From: Eledone cirrhosa
Lineage: Eukaryota
Assembly: GCA_964016885.1 (NCBI GenBank)
Contig: OZ024741.1
Location: forward strand, 14,384,001-14,448,000
DNA: 64,000 nt
Direction of reading: 5' to 3'
Made by a program: the position numbers and the translations under genes. Of this stretch, positions 14,750 through 28,482 are shown in pieces (position 1 is the first letter of the stretch; every line of letters starts with the position of its first letter). The notes under the pieces were generated by a model. That model saw only the letters and a list, made by a program, of their open reading frames with translations. It was not told the DNA's origin and did no database searches.

Positions 14750-14939
14750 CTGGAGTTGAGGGTTGCACATTTTTTCGGGGATATGTGTTACCCATATGAA
14801 CTGTCTCCCCCTATTGGGGAAAATCAACTAACTTTTTAAATTGCATTTGTGATAACATTTTACACGTTTTTATTGTATGTAAACTTCCCCCTTTGTATTT
14901 GTCCCCTTCTTTTGTGCCCCTGTGGCTAATAAAGAAACA

Positions 14940-14940
<1 letters not shown>
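14750..14940 (+). mobile_element. 3' UTR of a LINE (probably Tx1) inside (TATC)n
   Basis: Ends GTGGCTAATAAAGAAAC then (TATC)n; same end at 25628-25682, also inside (TATC)n. Confidence 0.6.
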
Positions 14941-15007
<67 letters not shown>

Positions 15008-15008
<1 letters not shown>

Positions 15009-15616
15009 CTCCTCCCTTCTGTATGTGTTGACTCTCGAGCCACTACTGCGGAAGTTGGAGTTGTTGCAGGGCATCCCTTTGGAACCGGGATTGCGGAAAG
15101 CGGTGTCGGCCTACGCCGATGACGTGACAGTAATGGTGTCGACGGCCTCCGAAATCGAGGCGGTCGGCACCTTACTGGAGGAGTGCGAAAAGTTCACAGG
15201 GGCTAAGCTGAACCGGGACAAGTCGATCGGTTTGCAACTCGGCACGTGGAGGGGCAGACCGATGCCCTCCGATGGCGTCGTCGGACGCTGGACGGAGGGC
15301 CCGGTGAAGTTGCTCGGGGTCTGGTTCGGACCGGACCTCCAGGTGGAGAAAAACTGGGCGGAGGTTACGAACAGGGTGTTTGCACTGACCCAGAAGTGGG
15401 CCAGTTGCAAACTATCCCTGAAAGGTCGGGCGGAGGTGGCGAACACCTACATAGCGTCCGTCATCTACTACCGCCTGACCGTAGTGCCCTGCCCAAGGGA
15501 AACCCTCACTAAGATGGAGCGCGCGCTCTTCCAATTCCTTTGGAAGAGGCGGGCTCCTATGGTGAGGAGATCCATCTGCTGTCAACACCCTTCGAAAGGA
15601 GGGCTGGGGATGCCGT
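15008..15616 (+). mobile_element. Tx1/L1-clade LINE reverse transcriptase fragment (uninterrupted frame)
   Basis: LYVLTLEPLLRKL, AYADDVTV, GAKLNRDKS, KLLGVWFG, LSLKGR, FLWK, GGLGMP; flanked by (CTAT)n. Confidence 0.92.
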
Positions 15617-16234
15617 GTATCTATCTATCTATCCATCACTCAGCGTTGTCTGACATTCACAGTATATACTGGCAACTCTGATATATTCATGGAGGAAAAT
15701 AGAGAAAAATGTTTTTTTTCTCGTTTTGATCGTTACGAAAAAATATTTTTCTTCGGCAGCGAGACTACCCATATGTTCATTGTATATAATCGTATAATAT
15801 ATGTTTATATATGTCTTCATATACACCTCTCCTTGTATATTATCCAATCCATCTCCTATGAAATGGTAATTTATTTATTGTCGTCGAAAGAAAGGAAGGC
15901 AAAGCTGGCCTCAGCAGGATTTGAACTGAGATTGCGGACAGTCGGAACAATTACGAGACATGCTACACTATTTTAATACTTTGTGTTATATTTTGTTTTT
16001 AACTCACAATATTACAATACAGGATTTAAAAGACAAACTTTATTGAATTTTCTACCACACAAATAAAAAATCGAATGTTAGAAAGTAATAGAAAATTAGA
16101 CCGAAATAACGTCTTGGCGTTTTATTTTCCTTTCAAACCGAGTGAAAACAAAAAATATTTTTTTATTTATAATTCCAAAACGTCTAAATAATTCTATTCA
16201 ATTTAATAGTAAAGAATGTTATATCTTATTTGAA

Positions 16235-16375
16235 GCATAGAGTTACGCCCCTTTATGATCTGAGTTCAAATCCCACCGAGGTTAACTTTGCCTTTCATCC
16301 TTACGGGGTCGATAAAATAAAGTACCAGTAATGTACTGAGTAATTGCTGGCCTTGTGCCTAAAATAGAAACAATT
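16235..16375 (+). mobile_element. SINE S1, 5'-truncated
   Basis: GAGTTCAAATCCCACCGAGG..GCTGGCCTTGTGCCTAAAATAGAAAC. Confidence 0.85.
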
Positions 16376-16571
16376 ATATATATATGTGTTACTAGCTATA
16401 TGGAGGTTGGAATATATATTATACTTACTTAAACACGCATAGATTTAACATGAAGTTTTGAAGTTTAAAGGAATGAGATTTAAAATTCCATTTACAAAGG
16501 ATATATATACATGAATATTAGAAAGAGTTGGGGCCCGACGGCTGAACTCTTGCTTTTTCAACAGCTAAGTC

Positions 16572-16897
<326 letters not shown>

Positions 16898-17562
16898 TAT
16901 ATCCATGAATTATCAAAGTGCTAGGTGGGTTAAAATTTCAAAATAAGAGAACCTAAAACACAAACAAAAAAAAATACAATACCAAAAATAGTCAAGCGCT
17001 ATAAATATTAGCTTAGAAAATTGGATAAGAATACCCCAAGGGACGGAGAAAAGAGGCCAGCTGCACCGAACAAAGTGTGAGTGTGTCACACCTACACCGA
17101 GGGGCTACTGACTCTTTTCTCCACCTATTTTTAGAAGGCTATGTTAAAATCTCGCGGTCATAGTGTAGCAGGAAGAAAAAAAATGTGGTGGTTCACATAT
17201 ATGTGTGTGTGCATATGTGTGTTTGTGTGTGTGTGTGCGTGTGTGTGTGTGTGTGTAAAATATTGTGTGGTTTGCACAAATAAACTAGCGTTATAGTTTC
17301 TTGAAAAGATAAGTAACCTGGTAAACTAGGCATTTGAAAACTTTTACTAAATCGTAATATTGTGGTTTCCAAAATTCAAAGTGCGTTGCAAGCCGTGCAA
17401 TAATCCCACATTAGAAGACACGATAAAATCAAATGATATTTTAAAAGGTTTTGTAAAGTCTTATCATTACATTTCTACGACAATATATTTAAACTGGAGC
17501 TAAAGTATACATTTATACATTTATACATTTATACATACATGCAGTGTACACCAGACAGATAA

Positions 17563-17652
<90 letters not shown>

Positions 17653-17826
17653 GGAGGGGAAGAGAAAGAGAAAGTGATTGTTAGATAGATTGAGAGACAA
17701 AATGACAAAGGGTGCGGGGGTGGGGGGGTGGACAGAGACAGAGATGGAAGCAAGATTATACTCATTATAGTCAGTAAGATAGAGACGTATGCTGATAAAC
17801 TAAAGACCTTCATGTATATCTACATG

Positions 17827-17929
<103 letters not shown>

Positions 17930-18053
17930 TGTGTGTATGAGTATACATACATATATATATGTATTATACCCATGCATTTATATGTACTGCATGTATATAC
18001 TAAAATAAACTTTTATTCACACACGTGTGTGTGTTTATGTTTGTTTCAGCATA

Positions 18054-18085
<32 letters not shown>

Positions 18086-18133
18086 GTTGTGTTTAACTGT
18101 GCGCAACCGTGTGTTTGTGAGCATATAGCAGCT

Positions 18134-18280
<147 letters not shown>

Positions 18281-18799
18281 TAGTATACGTGTAATCTCCT
18301 TGATGACATTGCGTACCAAGATATTAGATAAAAAGTATGTTTTTCTATCCATATATCCTGTTAGACGAAATAATGAACATTACATTATGATATCTTCATA
18401 AATGTTTTTAAAAATAAATTGACGGCGGGAGAGGAGCAAAAGAAAGGAGTAATGTGTGTGTTTGTGTGTGAAGATGCTGACTGATTGTATGGCAAAAATG
18501 GCGACAGATTTTTTGATTAGATGGCGACAGACAAGAAAATGTCGGTAGCGCTTAGAGAGATTGTGACGTTGAATGTGTCACAGTATGTTGATAAATCACT
18601 TTTTACGCTTTCGTTTAGTTCTATCAGCGGTGATTACATTTACGCATCATGCGTATAGAACACACACATGCGCGTGTGCACACATACACTGAAGTACATA
18701 CATACAATCTCACACACCCGCGCGCATTTACACACGAATCCTCTTTCTTTAACCTTTCCCCCCTCGCTCTCTTTTTGCCAGGGAGTACACACACACACA

Positions 18800-19020
18800 C
18801 AAACTTCTTCTTCGCCCACTTATTCTTGAGAGGATTATGGGGTGGGGGTGGGGGGCAGAGTCCTCAAACACTCCTTCCAGCGGATCCTGTCAGAAGTAAC
18901 CGTCTCTCCAACAGATCCGGCTGGATCCCAAGCGAGATCAGCCATGCATATGGATGTTACCCAACCTTCTTGCTGCTCGGAGTCTACTCCTGGGTCTCCT
19001 GCTGGCTGGTTTTGTCCGTA
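18800..19020 (-). mobile_element. RTE LINE 3' end
   Basis: QILRTKPASRRPRSRL and DLAW..SDRIRWKECLRTLPP resemble an RTE C-terminus; homologues at 25100, 42440 and 52940. Confidence 0.8.
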
Positions 19021-22000
19021 AAATCTGTCCAGCGATTCTTTCCTGAGATATTCTAACCACATTCCCATAATATTGGAGCTGTGACCTCTCAATTCTGAGA
19101 AGTAGTAGCTCTCCCTGGAGTGACTCTCTCATCTCCAAGCTACAAATCTGTCCAGCGATTCTTTCCTGAGATATTCTAGCCACATTCCCATAATATTGGA
19201 GCTGTGACCTCTCAATTCTGAGAAGTAGTAGCTCTCCCTGGAGTGACTCTCTCATCTCCAAGCTACAAATCTGTCCAGCGATTCTTTCCTGAGATATTCT
19301 AGCCACATTCCCATAATATTGGAGCTGTGACCTCTCAATTCTGAGAAGTAGTAGCTCTCCCTGGAGTGACTCTCTCATCTCCAAGCTACAAATCTGTCCA
19401 GCGATTCTTTCCTGAGATATTCTAGCCACATTCCCATAATATTGGAGCTGTGACCTCTCAATTCTGAGAAGTAGTAGCTCTCCCTGGAGTGACTCTCTCA
19501 TCTCCAAGCTACAAATCTGTCCAGCGATTCTTTCCTGAGATATTCTAGCCACATTCCCATAATATTGGAGCTGTGACCTCTCAATTCTGAGAAGTAGTAG
19601 CTCTCCCTGGAGTGACTCTCTCATCTCCAAGCTACAAATCTGTCCAGCGATTCTTTCCTGAGATATTCTAGCCACATTCCCATAATATTGGAGCTGTGAC
19701 CTCTCAATTCTGAGAAGTAGTAGCTCTCCCTGGAGTGACTCTCTCATCTCCAAGCTACAAATCTGTCCAGCGATTCTTTCCTGAGATATTCTAGCCACAT
19801 TCCCATAATATTGGAGCTGTGACCTCTCAATTCTGAGAAGTAGTAGCTCTCCCTGGAGTGACTCTCTCATCTCCAAGCTACAAATCTGTCCAGCGATTCT
19901 TTCCTGAGATATTCTAGCCACATTCCCATAATATTGGAGCTGTGACCTCTCAATTCTGAGAAGTAGTAGCTCTCCCTGGAGTGACTCTCTCATCTCCAAG
20001 CTACAAATCTGTCCAGCGATTCTTTCCTGAGATATTCTAGCCACATTCCCATAATATTGGAGCTGTGACCTCTCAATTCTGAGAAGTAGTAGCTCTCCCT
20101 GGAGTGACTCTCTCATCTCCAAGCTACAAATCTGTCCAGCGATTCTTTCCTGAGATATTCTAGCCACATTCCCATAATATTGGAGCTGTGACCTCTCAAT
20201 TCTGAGAAGTAGTAGCTCTCCCTGGAGTGACTCTCTCATCTCCAAGCTACAAATCTGTCCAGCGATTCTTTCCTGAGATATTCTAGCCACATTCCCATAA
20301 TATTGGAGCTGTGACCTCTCAATTCTGAGAAGTAGTAGCTCTCCCTGGAGTGACTCTCTCATCTCCAAGCTACAAATCTGTCCAGCGATTCTTTCCTGAG
20401 ATATTCTAGCCACATTCCCATAATATTGGAGCTGTGACCTCTCAATTCTGAGAAGTAGTAGCTCTCCCTGGAGTGACTCTCTCATCTCCAAGCTACAAAT
20501 CTGTCCAGCGATTCTTTCCTGAGATATTCTAGCCACATTCCCATAATATTGGAGCTGTGACCTCTCAATTCTGAGAAGTAGTAGCTCTCCCTGGAGTGAC
20601 TCTCTCATCTCCAAGCTACAAATCTGTCCAGCGATTCTTTCCTGAGATATTCTAGCCACATTCCCATAATATTGGAGCTGTGACCTCTCAATTCTGAGAA
20701 GTAGTAGCTCTCCCTGGAGTGACTCTCTCATCTCCAAGCTACAAATCTGTCCAGCGATTCTTTCCTGAGATATTCTAGCCACATTCCCATAATATTGGAG
20801 CTGTGACCTCTCAATTCTGAGAAGTAGTAGCTCTCCCTGGAGTGACTCTCTCATCTCCAAGCTACAAATCTGTCCAGCGATTCTTTCCTGAGATATTCTA
20901 GCCACATTCCCATAATATTGGAGCTGTGACCTCTCAATTCTGAGAAGTAGTAGCTCTCCCTGGAGTGACTCTCTCATCTCCAAGCTACAAATCTGTCCAG
21001 CGATTCTTTCCTGAGATATTCTAGCCACATTCCCATAATATTGGAGCTGTGACCTCTCAATTCTGAGAAGTAGTAGCTCTCCCTGGAGTGACTCTCTCAT
21101 CTCCAAGCTACAAATCTGTCCAGCGATTCTTTCCTGAGATATTCTAGCCACATTCCCATAATATTGGAGCTGTGACCTCTCAATTCTGAGAAGTAGTAGC
21201 TCTCCCTGGAGTGACTCTCTCATCTCCAAGCTACAAATCTGTCCAGCGATTCTTTCCTGAGATATTCTAGCCACATTCCCATAATATTGGAGCTGTGACC
21301 TCTCAATTCTGAGAAGTAGTAGCTCTCCCTGGAGTGACTCTCTCATCTCCAAGCTACAAATCTGTCCAGCGATTCTTACCTGAGATATTCTAACCACATT
21401 CCCATAATATTGGAGCTGTGACCTCTCAATTCTGAGAAGTAGTAGCTCTCCCTGGAGTGACTCTCTCATCTCCAAGCTACAAATCTGTCCAGCGATTCTT
21501 TCCTGAGATATTCTAACCACATTCCCATAATATTGGAGCTGTGACCTCTCAATTCTGAGAAGTAGTAGCTCTCCCTGGAGTGACTCTCTCATCTCCAAGC
21601 TACAAATCTGTCCAGCGATTCTTTCCTGAGATATTCTAGCCACATTCCCATAATATTGGAGCTGTGACCTCTCAATTCTGAGAAGTAGTAGCTCTCCCTG
21701 GAGTGACTCTCTCATCTCCAAGCTACAAATCTGTCCAGCGATTCTTACCTGAGATATTCTAACCACATTCCCATAATATTGGAGCTGTGACCTCTCAATT
21801 CTGAGAAGTAGTAGCTCTCCCTGGAGTGACTCTCTCATCTCCAAGCTACAAATCTGTCCAGCGATTCTTTCCTGAGATATTCTAACCACATTCCCATAAT
21901 ATTGGAGCTGTGACCTCTCAATTCTGAGAAGTAGTAGCTCTCCCTGGAGTGACTCTCTCATCTCCAAGCTACAAATCTGTCCAGCGATTCTTACCTGAGA

Positions 22001-22985
22001 TATTCTAACCACATTCCCATAATATTGGAGCTGTGACCTCTCAATTCTGAGAAGTAGTAGCTCTCCCTGGAGTGACTCTCTCATCTCCAAGCTACAAATC
22101 TGTCCAGCGATTCTTACCTGAGATATTCTAACCACATTCCCATAATATTGGAGCTGTGACCTCTCAATTCTGAGAAGTAGTAGCTCTCCCTGGAGTGACT
22201 CTCTCATCTCCAAGCTACAAATCTGTCCAGCGATTCTTACCTGAGATATTCTAACCACATTCCCATAATATTGGAGCTGTGACCTCTCAATTCTGAGAAG
22301 TAGTAGCTCTCCCTGGAGTGACTCTCTCATCTCCAAGCTACAAATCTGTCCAGCGATTCTTACCTGAGATATTCTAACCACATTCCCATAATATTGGAGC
22401 GGTGACCTCTCAATTCTGAGAAGTAGTAGCTCTCCCTGGAGTGACTCTCTCATCTCCAAGCTACAAATCTGTCCAGCGATTCTTTCCTGAGATATTCTAA
22501 CCACATTCCCATAATATTGGAGCGGTGACCTCTCAATTCTGAGAAGTAGTAGCTCTCCCTGGAGTGACTCTCTCATCTCCAAGCTACAAATCTGTCCAGC
22601 GATTCTTACCTGAGATATTCTAACCACATTCCCATAATATTGGAGCGGTGACCTCTCAATTCTGAGAAGTAGTAGCTCTCCCTGGAGTGACTCTCTCATC
22701 TCCAAGCTACAAATCTGTCCAGCGATTCTTTCCTGAGATATTCTAACCACATTCCCATAATATTGGAGCGGTGACCTCTCAATTCTGAGAAGTAGTAGCT
22801 CTCCCTGGAGTGACTCTCTCATCTCCAAGCTACAAATCTGTCAAGTGATTCTTTCCTGAGACATTCTAACCAGATGTCCCTAGTATCAGAGCTGTGATCT
22901 TTCAATTTGGAGAAGTAGCAGCTCTACCTGGAGTGACTCTGATATCTATGCTACCCACTCTATTGAGTAACGTTACTCTGAAGAC
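19021..22985 (-). repeat. 123-bp satellite, 31 near-identical copies plus one diverged, derived from RTE ORF sequence
   Basis: Unit starts at 19021, 19144 ... 22834; translates to RESLQGELLLLRIERSQLQYYGNVVRISQERIAGQI (cf. RTE IERSQLRWFGHVVRM..ER..RQI). Confidence 0.93.
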
Positions 22986-23847
22986 CCTTCTGAGGATCCC
23001 TATTAATCTGGCGTTCAAGATCAATATTTAACCTTTTCTTTAACCTCTTAGTGTAATCTTTACTCAATGGTGTATGAATGTATTTGTGTAATACAGGTAA
23101 TAACTGTTTCTACTTTTGGCACAAGGCCAGCAATTGCCCAGTAATACAGGTAATAACGATCCATGTTTCTTATCTCTGTAGTAAGCGAGTTCTCTACCAT
23201 CTTTCTGCCGTCTATATATGGCAATGTTGTGTTGTGGGAGTCTAGTACCATTATCTGAATGTCAACTGTACTGGTACAGTTGTACTGACAGAACTGTGAA
23301 GATATTCGGCTCACCTCTTTGCGTCATTTAGTTACATCCCTTTATGTTCTGAGTTGGAATTCCGCTGAGGTCAACTTTACATTTCATCCTACGTAGATTG
23401 ACAAGCTGAAGTAACACACACCTTCTTTACCATCCCCTGCCCCTACTAGATTGTTGTGTGTGTGTAATAGAAACATTTATCTTTTAGTGAGAATATCAAT
23501 TCATTGTGTGAGTGTTTGTGTGAGTGAGTGTGAGAGTGAGTGGCCGTGTGTAAGAGTGTGTGTGTGTCTGAATGTGAGAGTGAGTGTGTGTGTGAGTGTG
23601 AGGGTGAGTGGGTGTGTGTGAGTGTGCGTGTGAGTGTGTGTGCGAGTGTGTGTGAGTGTAAGAGTGAGTGGGTCTGTGTGTGTGTAAATGTGAGTGTGAG
23701 TGTGTGTGAGTGTGTGTGTGTTAGTGAGTGTGCGAGTTAGTGTGTGTAGGGGTGTATGTGTGTATGTGTATGTGTGGGGGTATGTGTGTGTGGGGGGAGT
23801 ATGTATGTGTGTGTATGGGAGGGAGTGTGTGTGTGTGGGGGGGGGTA

Positions 23848-23884
<37 letters not shown>

Positions 23885-24378
23885 CTTATGTTTGAAACAA
23901 TAGTAATTTTCAACGAGAGTGTATTGTTACCTTTATATTTCAAACATTATTTTTACGATATATATGTGTTTTTATATGTGTATATATGTGTTATATATAT
24001 GTGTGTGTATTTATATGTGTATGTATGTGCGTGTTCATATGTGTGTTTATGCGTATTTATATGAGTATTTATATGTGTATATATGTGTATATATATGTAT
24101 GATTATATATGTGTTTATATGTGTATATATATATATATATATGTGTATTTATATGTTTATGTATATGTATATGTGTATGTATATGTGTGTTTATATGTGT
24201 ATATATATGTGTGTATTTCTATGTGTATATAAATATGTGTGTATTTATATGTGTATATATGTGTGTATTTATATGTGTGTTTATATGTGTGTTTATATGT
24301 GTATTTATATGTGTATATATATATGCATATTTATATGTGCGTTTATATGTGTATTTCAGTGTATATATATGTGTATTT

Positions 24379-24597
24379 CTATGTGTATATTAAACCAGGT
24401 TTACATATGACGTCAGTGAAGCCTGTGTACAATATTGTACAGACGTGAATCTATGTGTATATTAAACCAGGTTTACATATGACGTCAGTGAAGCCTGTGT
24501 ACAATATTGTACAGACGTGAATCTATGTGTATATTAAACCAGGTTTACATATGACGTCAGTGAAGCCTGTGTACAATATTGTATAGACGTGAATCTA
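24379..24597. repeat. 72-bp tandem repeat, 3 copies
   Basis: CTATGTGTATATTAAACCAGGTTTACATATGACGTCAGTGAAGCCTGTGTACAATATTGTACAGACGTGAAT at 24379, 24451 and 24523. Confidence 0.9.
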
Positions 24598-24779
24598 CGT
24601 GAACAATGTGTGTCAACTATAAAACATTTCACAAAACATTGAAACATTGAAACATATCTAAAGATATTCAGCTTTAATGTCAACAATATTATAGAAGCCT
24701 TACAAATATAGACTGAAATATTTAATCCTTTTTTAAGTGACTCATTTTCTCAGATCATTTAGCCGAATCAGTGGAGCGT

Positions 24780-25050
24780 CGGAGGAATAGGTATATGTGT
24801 TAAACATTAAAATTAAAATGTGTCCCAAGTTCAGAAACTTATCAGGCCTGGTTTCATCGGTGTTAAGTAATTGAAAGTACTAAATGGGTCAGTAGTTCGT
24901 CGCAGGGTGGGGCAGACATTATCCTCAGTAAGATACAGACACATACTGATAAACTTTTCTCTCATTTTACCCGTACCTTCCTGTCCTCACTCTTTACTTT
25001 CTATTTATCTTCTATTTCTAAAACTATCTTCTGATGAAGGACTGCCCAAA
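24780..25050 (+). mobile_element. Degenerate PLE 3' end (family B-related) with truncated hammerhead
   Basis: LKVLNGSVVRRRV.QTL..INFSL resembles a decayed GIY-YIG C-terminus; TCTT-CTGATGA-AGGACT as at 37139. Confidence 0.5.
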
Positions 25051-25099
25051 ATGCACATGGAGTTAAGAAATAAGACCGCGTTTCAGATTGCCCAGTCAC

Positions 25100-25283
25100 G
25101 TGAATAGGTACGTGGATAGCATGATGGTGGGATAACATCCATGAGCTTGGCGGGTCTCGCTTGGGGATCCAGCTGGATCAGTTGAAGACGGTTGCTTCTG
25201 AAAGGACCCACTGGAAGGGTTGTTTGAGGACTCTGCCCCCACCCACGACTCACTCAGGAATAGGTGATTGGTGAAGAAAACGA
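25100..25283 (+). mobile_element. RTE LINE 3' end fragment
   Basis: TGGGATAACATCCATGAGCTTGG..TGTTTGAGGACTCTGCCCCC..GTGAAGAA shared with 18800, 42440 and 52940. Confidence 0.75.
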
Positions 25284-25572
<289 letters not shown>

Positions 25573-25597
25573 CTATCTATCTATCTATATATCTATA

Positions 25598-25628
<31 letters not shown>

Positions 25629-25732
25629 GTCTTTGTATTGTCCCCTTTTCTTGTGCGCCCTTGTGGCTAATAAAGAAATATATCTATCTCTATATATATA
25701 TATGTATGTATATATATATATATATATATATA

Positions 25733-26116
25733 TGAAAACCATGACCGCAGGAAGGTACTTTGCTCTAGCTCCCTCTAATATCCTCCTCAGCATCAAAATG
25801 TGACTGGTGGTTGATCTTCCCTCTCTGAAGCCGTTCTGATTGTCCCTGAGCTCCTTCTCCAAAAGTGACACAGAGGAGACCGAGAGACCGAGGTTGGCTG
25901 GACATGCTCACCGACATCCAGAGTTGACACTGCACTGAGTGTTCCTGTGGGAGCCCCTGCTTGGACACACTGGAAGAGGAAGACTGAGGTTAACATATGT
26001 TGATGCCCCAAGGGCAGACACTGGTCTCTTGGAGATGCAGGACATGGCAGCGATAATGTGGGACAGAGACCGCTGGAGAGAACTCGTCCATGTATCTCGG
26101 GAATTTTACCCGCCCT
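25733..26116. mobile_element. RTE-type LINE with 5' inversion
   Basis: Minus 25735-25870 gives LRDNQNGFREGRSTTSHILMLRRILEG (RT N-terminus); plus 25880-26100 gives [28 protein letters not shown] (C-terminus). Confidence 0.85.
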
Positions 26117-26136
26117 ATATATATATATACATATAC

Positions 26137-26184
<48 letters not shown>

Positions 26185-26190
26185 ATATAC

Positions 26191-26219
<29 letters not shown>

Positions 26220-26221
<2 letters not shown>

Positions 26222-26411
26222 GGAACGAGTAGGACCCCGACGGCTGGGCTCAAGCCGTTTCGACGGCTAATTCTGGACTCGAATTAGCCGTCGAAACGGC
26301 TTGAGCTCAGCCGTCGGGGTCCTACTCGTTCCTATTACCCACTCTGCTACCCCAAGTATTGAGTACTTTGGTGCGTTATGGTCCACCTGGCTCTTTACCA
26401 CATTTCCTTCG

Positions 26412-26413
<2 letters not shown>
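26220..26413 (+). mobile_element. Fold-back element, family J copy
   Basis: About 52-bp perfect arms plus the same tail as 16687. Confidence 0.85.
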
Positions 26414-26461
<48 letters not shown>

Positions 26462-26579
26462 GTATATATAAATATATATATATGTATATATATATATATG
26501 TATATATATATATGTATATATATATGTATATATATATGTGTATATATATATATGTATATGTATATATATATGTATATGT

Positions 26580-26612
<33 letters not shown>

Positions 26613-26620
26613 CATATATA

Positions 26621-26804
<184 letters not shown>

Positions 26805-26821
26805 AATATATATATATATAT

Positions 26822-26878
<57 letters not shown>

Positions 26879-26975
26879 TATATATATATATACACACATA
26901 TATATACATATATATATATACATACATATATATACATATATATATATATATACATATATATATATTTATATATAC

Positions 26976-27027
<52 letters not shown>

Positions 27028-27089
27028 CGAAGGAAATGTGGTAAAGAGCCAGGTGGACCATAACGCACCAAAGTACTCGTCAGACGAGG

Positions 27090-27134
<45 letters not shown>

Positions 27135-27157
27135 TATACATATATATATATACATAC

Positions 27158-27223
<66 letters not shown>

Positions 27224-27225
27224 TG

Positions 27226-27295
27226 CCTCGTCTGACGAACGAATGAAGTCGTTTATTTCGTATTCGCCTCATTCGGGAAACCTCTGGTAATGAGG
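27226..27295 (+). ncRNA. Type-I hammerhead ribozyme (all three stems present)
   Basis: CCTCGT-CTGACGA-A-CGAATGA..TCATTCG-G-GAAA-CC-TCT-GG-TA-ATGAGG; inverted 18-bp copy of its 5' end at 27077-27094. Confidence 0.8.
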
Positions 27296-27572
27296 TAATT
27301 ATATTGTATTGATTTTTATACATTATGTATATATATATATATATATATATATAGGGCGGGTAAAATTCCCGAGATCCATATATATATACTCATACACATT
27401 GGATGAGTGTGTAGTATTAGGAACGCTGTCACAGAGGCTTATGTATTTAGTGTATAGTGTCTTATGTATGTCAGCGGTAGTTCTGTCAGCGTTTTTATTG
27501 TAATATGTGTGTCTTGGTTTGGAGCACCTCTTTGATTTCAATTGTACAGGTGTAACATGGTTTATGATTGCC

Positions 27573-27985
27573 TCCGTTCGGATCTAGAATAATCGTCCCT
27601 CCCCATCGCTTATTCATTTTTCAGATTTATTTTACCCCTTCGCTCTTATTCTAAACCCCATATTTATTAAATTTTCTAATCTATCTCTGGCAAAATTTTA
27701 TTTTACGTGGTAGCATTCCTACAACATTTAATTTTCTTCAAACATTAAAAAACATTATACGTGGCAAAAAAAGTACATTAGTAGAAATTCCATATATTGT
27801 AAAATGAATAAATGAGTAATTCTGGTTTTTCTTAAACTCAACGGAGACAACCTAGAAAATTTACCGATTTTCCACCCACCCCCGCTTATTCCAACCCTAC
27901 CCCGCATATTCCAACTCCGCCCACGCATACTCTAACCCAAACCCCACTTATTCCAATCCACCCTATTATTTGGAACCCGAGATTA
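27573..27985. mobile_element. Degenerate MITE-like element with subterminal CCCC(G)CTTATT repeats
   Basis: Repeated CGCTTATTC/CTTATTCCAA motifs at both ends; imperfect inverted termini. Confidence 0.4.
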
Positions 27986-27989
27986 CATT

Positions 27990-28125
27990 CGAATATGTCT
28001 TAGCTAATATTTCCCATGTTATCTTGTTTGGTTTGTTCCTTACTTTCAGAAACCATATGTAGCCAGATGAAGCTGTAACATATTTGTTGTCAGTGTTTCG
28101 AAATGATTTTCTCTGCTGCAACAAG
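27990..28125 (-). mobile_element. PLE GIY-YIG endonuclease fragment (Naiad-like)
   Basis: RKSFRNTDNKYVTASSGYIWFLKVRNKPNKITWEILAK matches H..SF....T.LS.YIW.LK.....I.W.IL. Confidence 0.8.
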
Positions 28126-28320
28126 TTCACAGAGAGAATCAACACACCACAAACACCCAAGACAGACACAAATAGAATTCCATACTTAAATGTATTTAGA
28201 AGGGTAGCTACTTCCAGGTGTAGAGGAACTGAATTAATTTTTGTAAAGTGAGATTATGAATAAAGAATAATACAGAACAAACCGTCTGAAATATTAAGGA
28301 TTTCAAATTGTACTTGTAAT

Positions 28321-28396
<76 letters not shown>

Positions 28397-28482
28397 ATGT
28401 GAGTGCGAAGATAGATAGTTAACGAGATTGATAGTTAGAGGGTGAGATAGATTAGTACGTGTATATATATATATATATATAT

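Noticed and set aside
17043-17122. Hairpin GGAGAAAAGAG..CTCTTTTCTCC as a pre-miRNA
   Set aside because: Only the 11-bp base pairs well; no known mature miRNA recognised
18938-22828. 1296-aa ORF as a host repeat protein
   Set aside because: It is 31 near-identical DNA copies of an RTE fragment whose length is a multiple of 3, with no synonymous divergence or gene context
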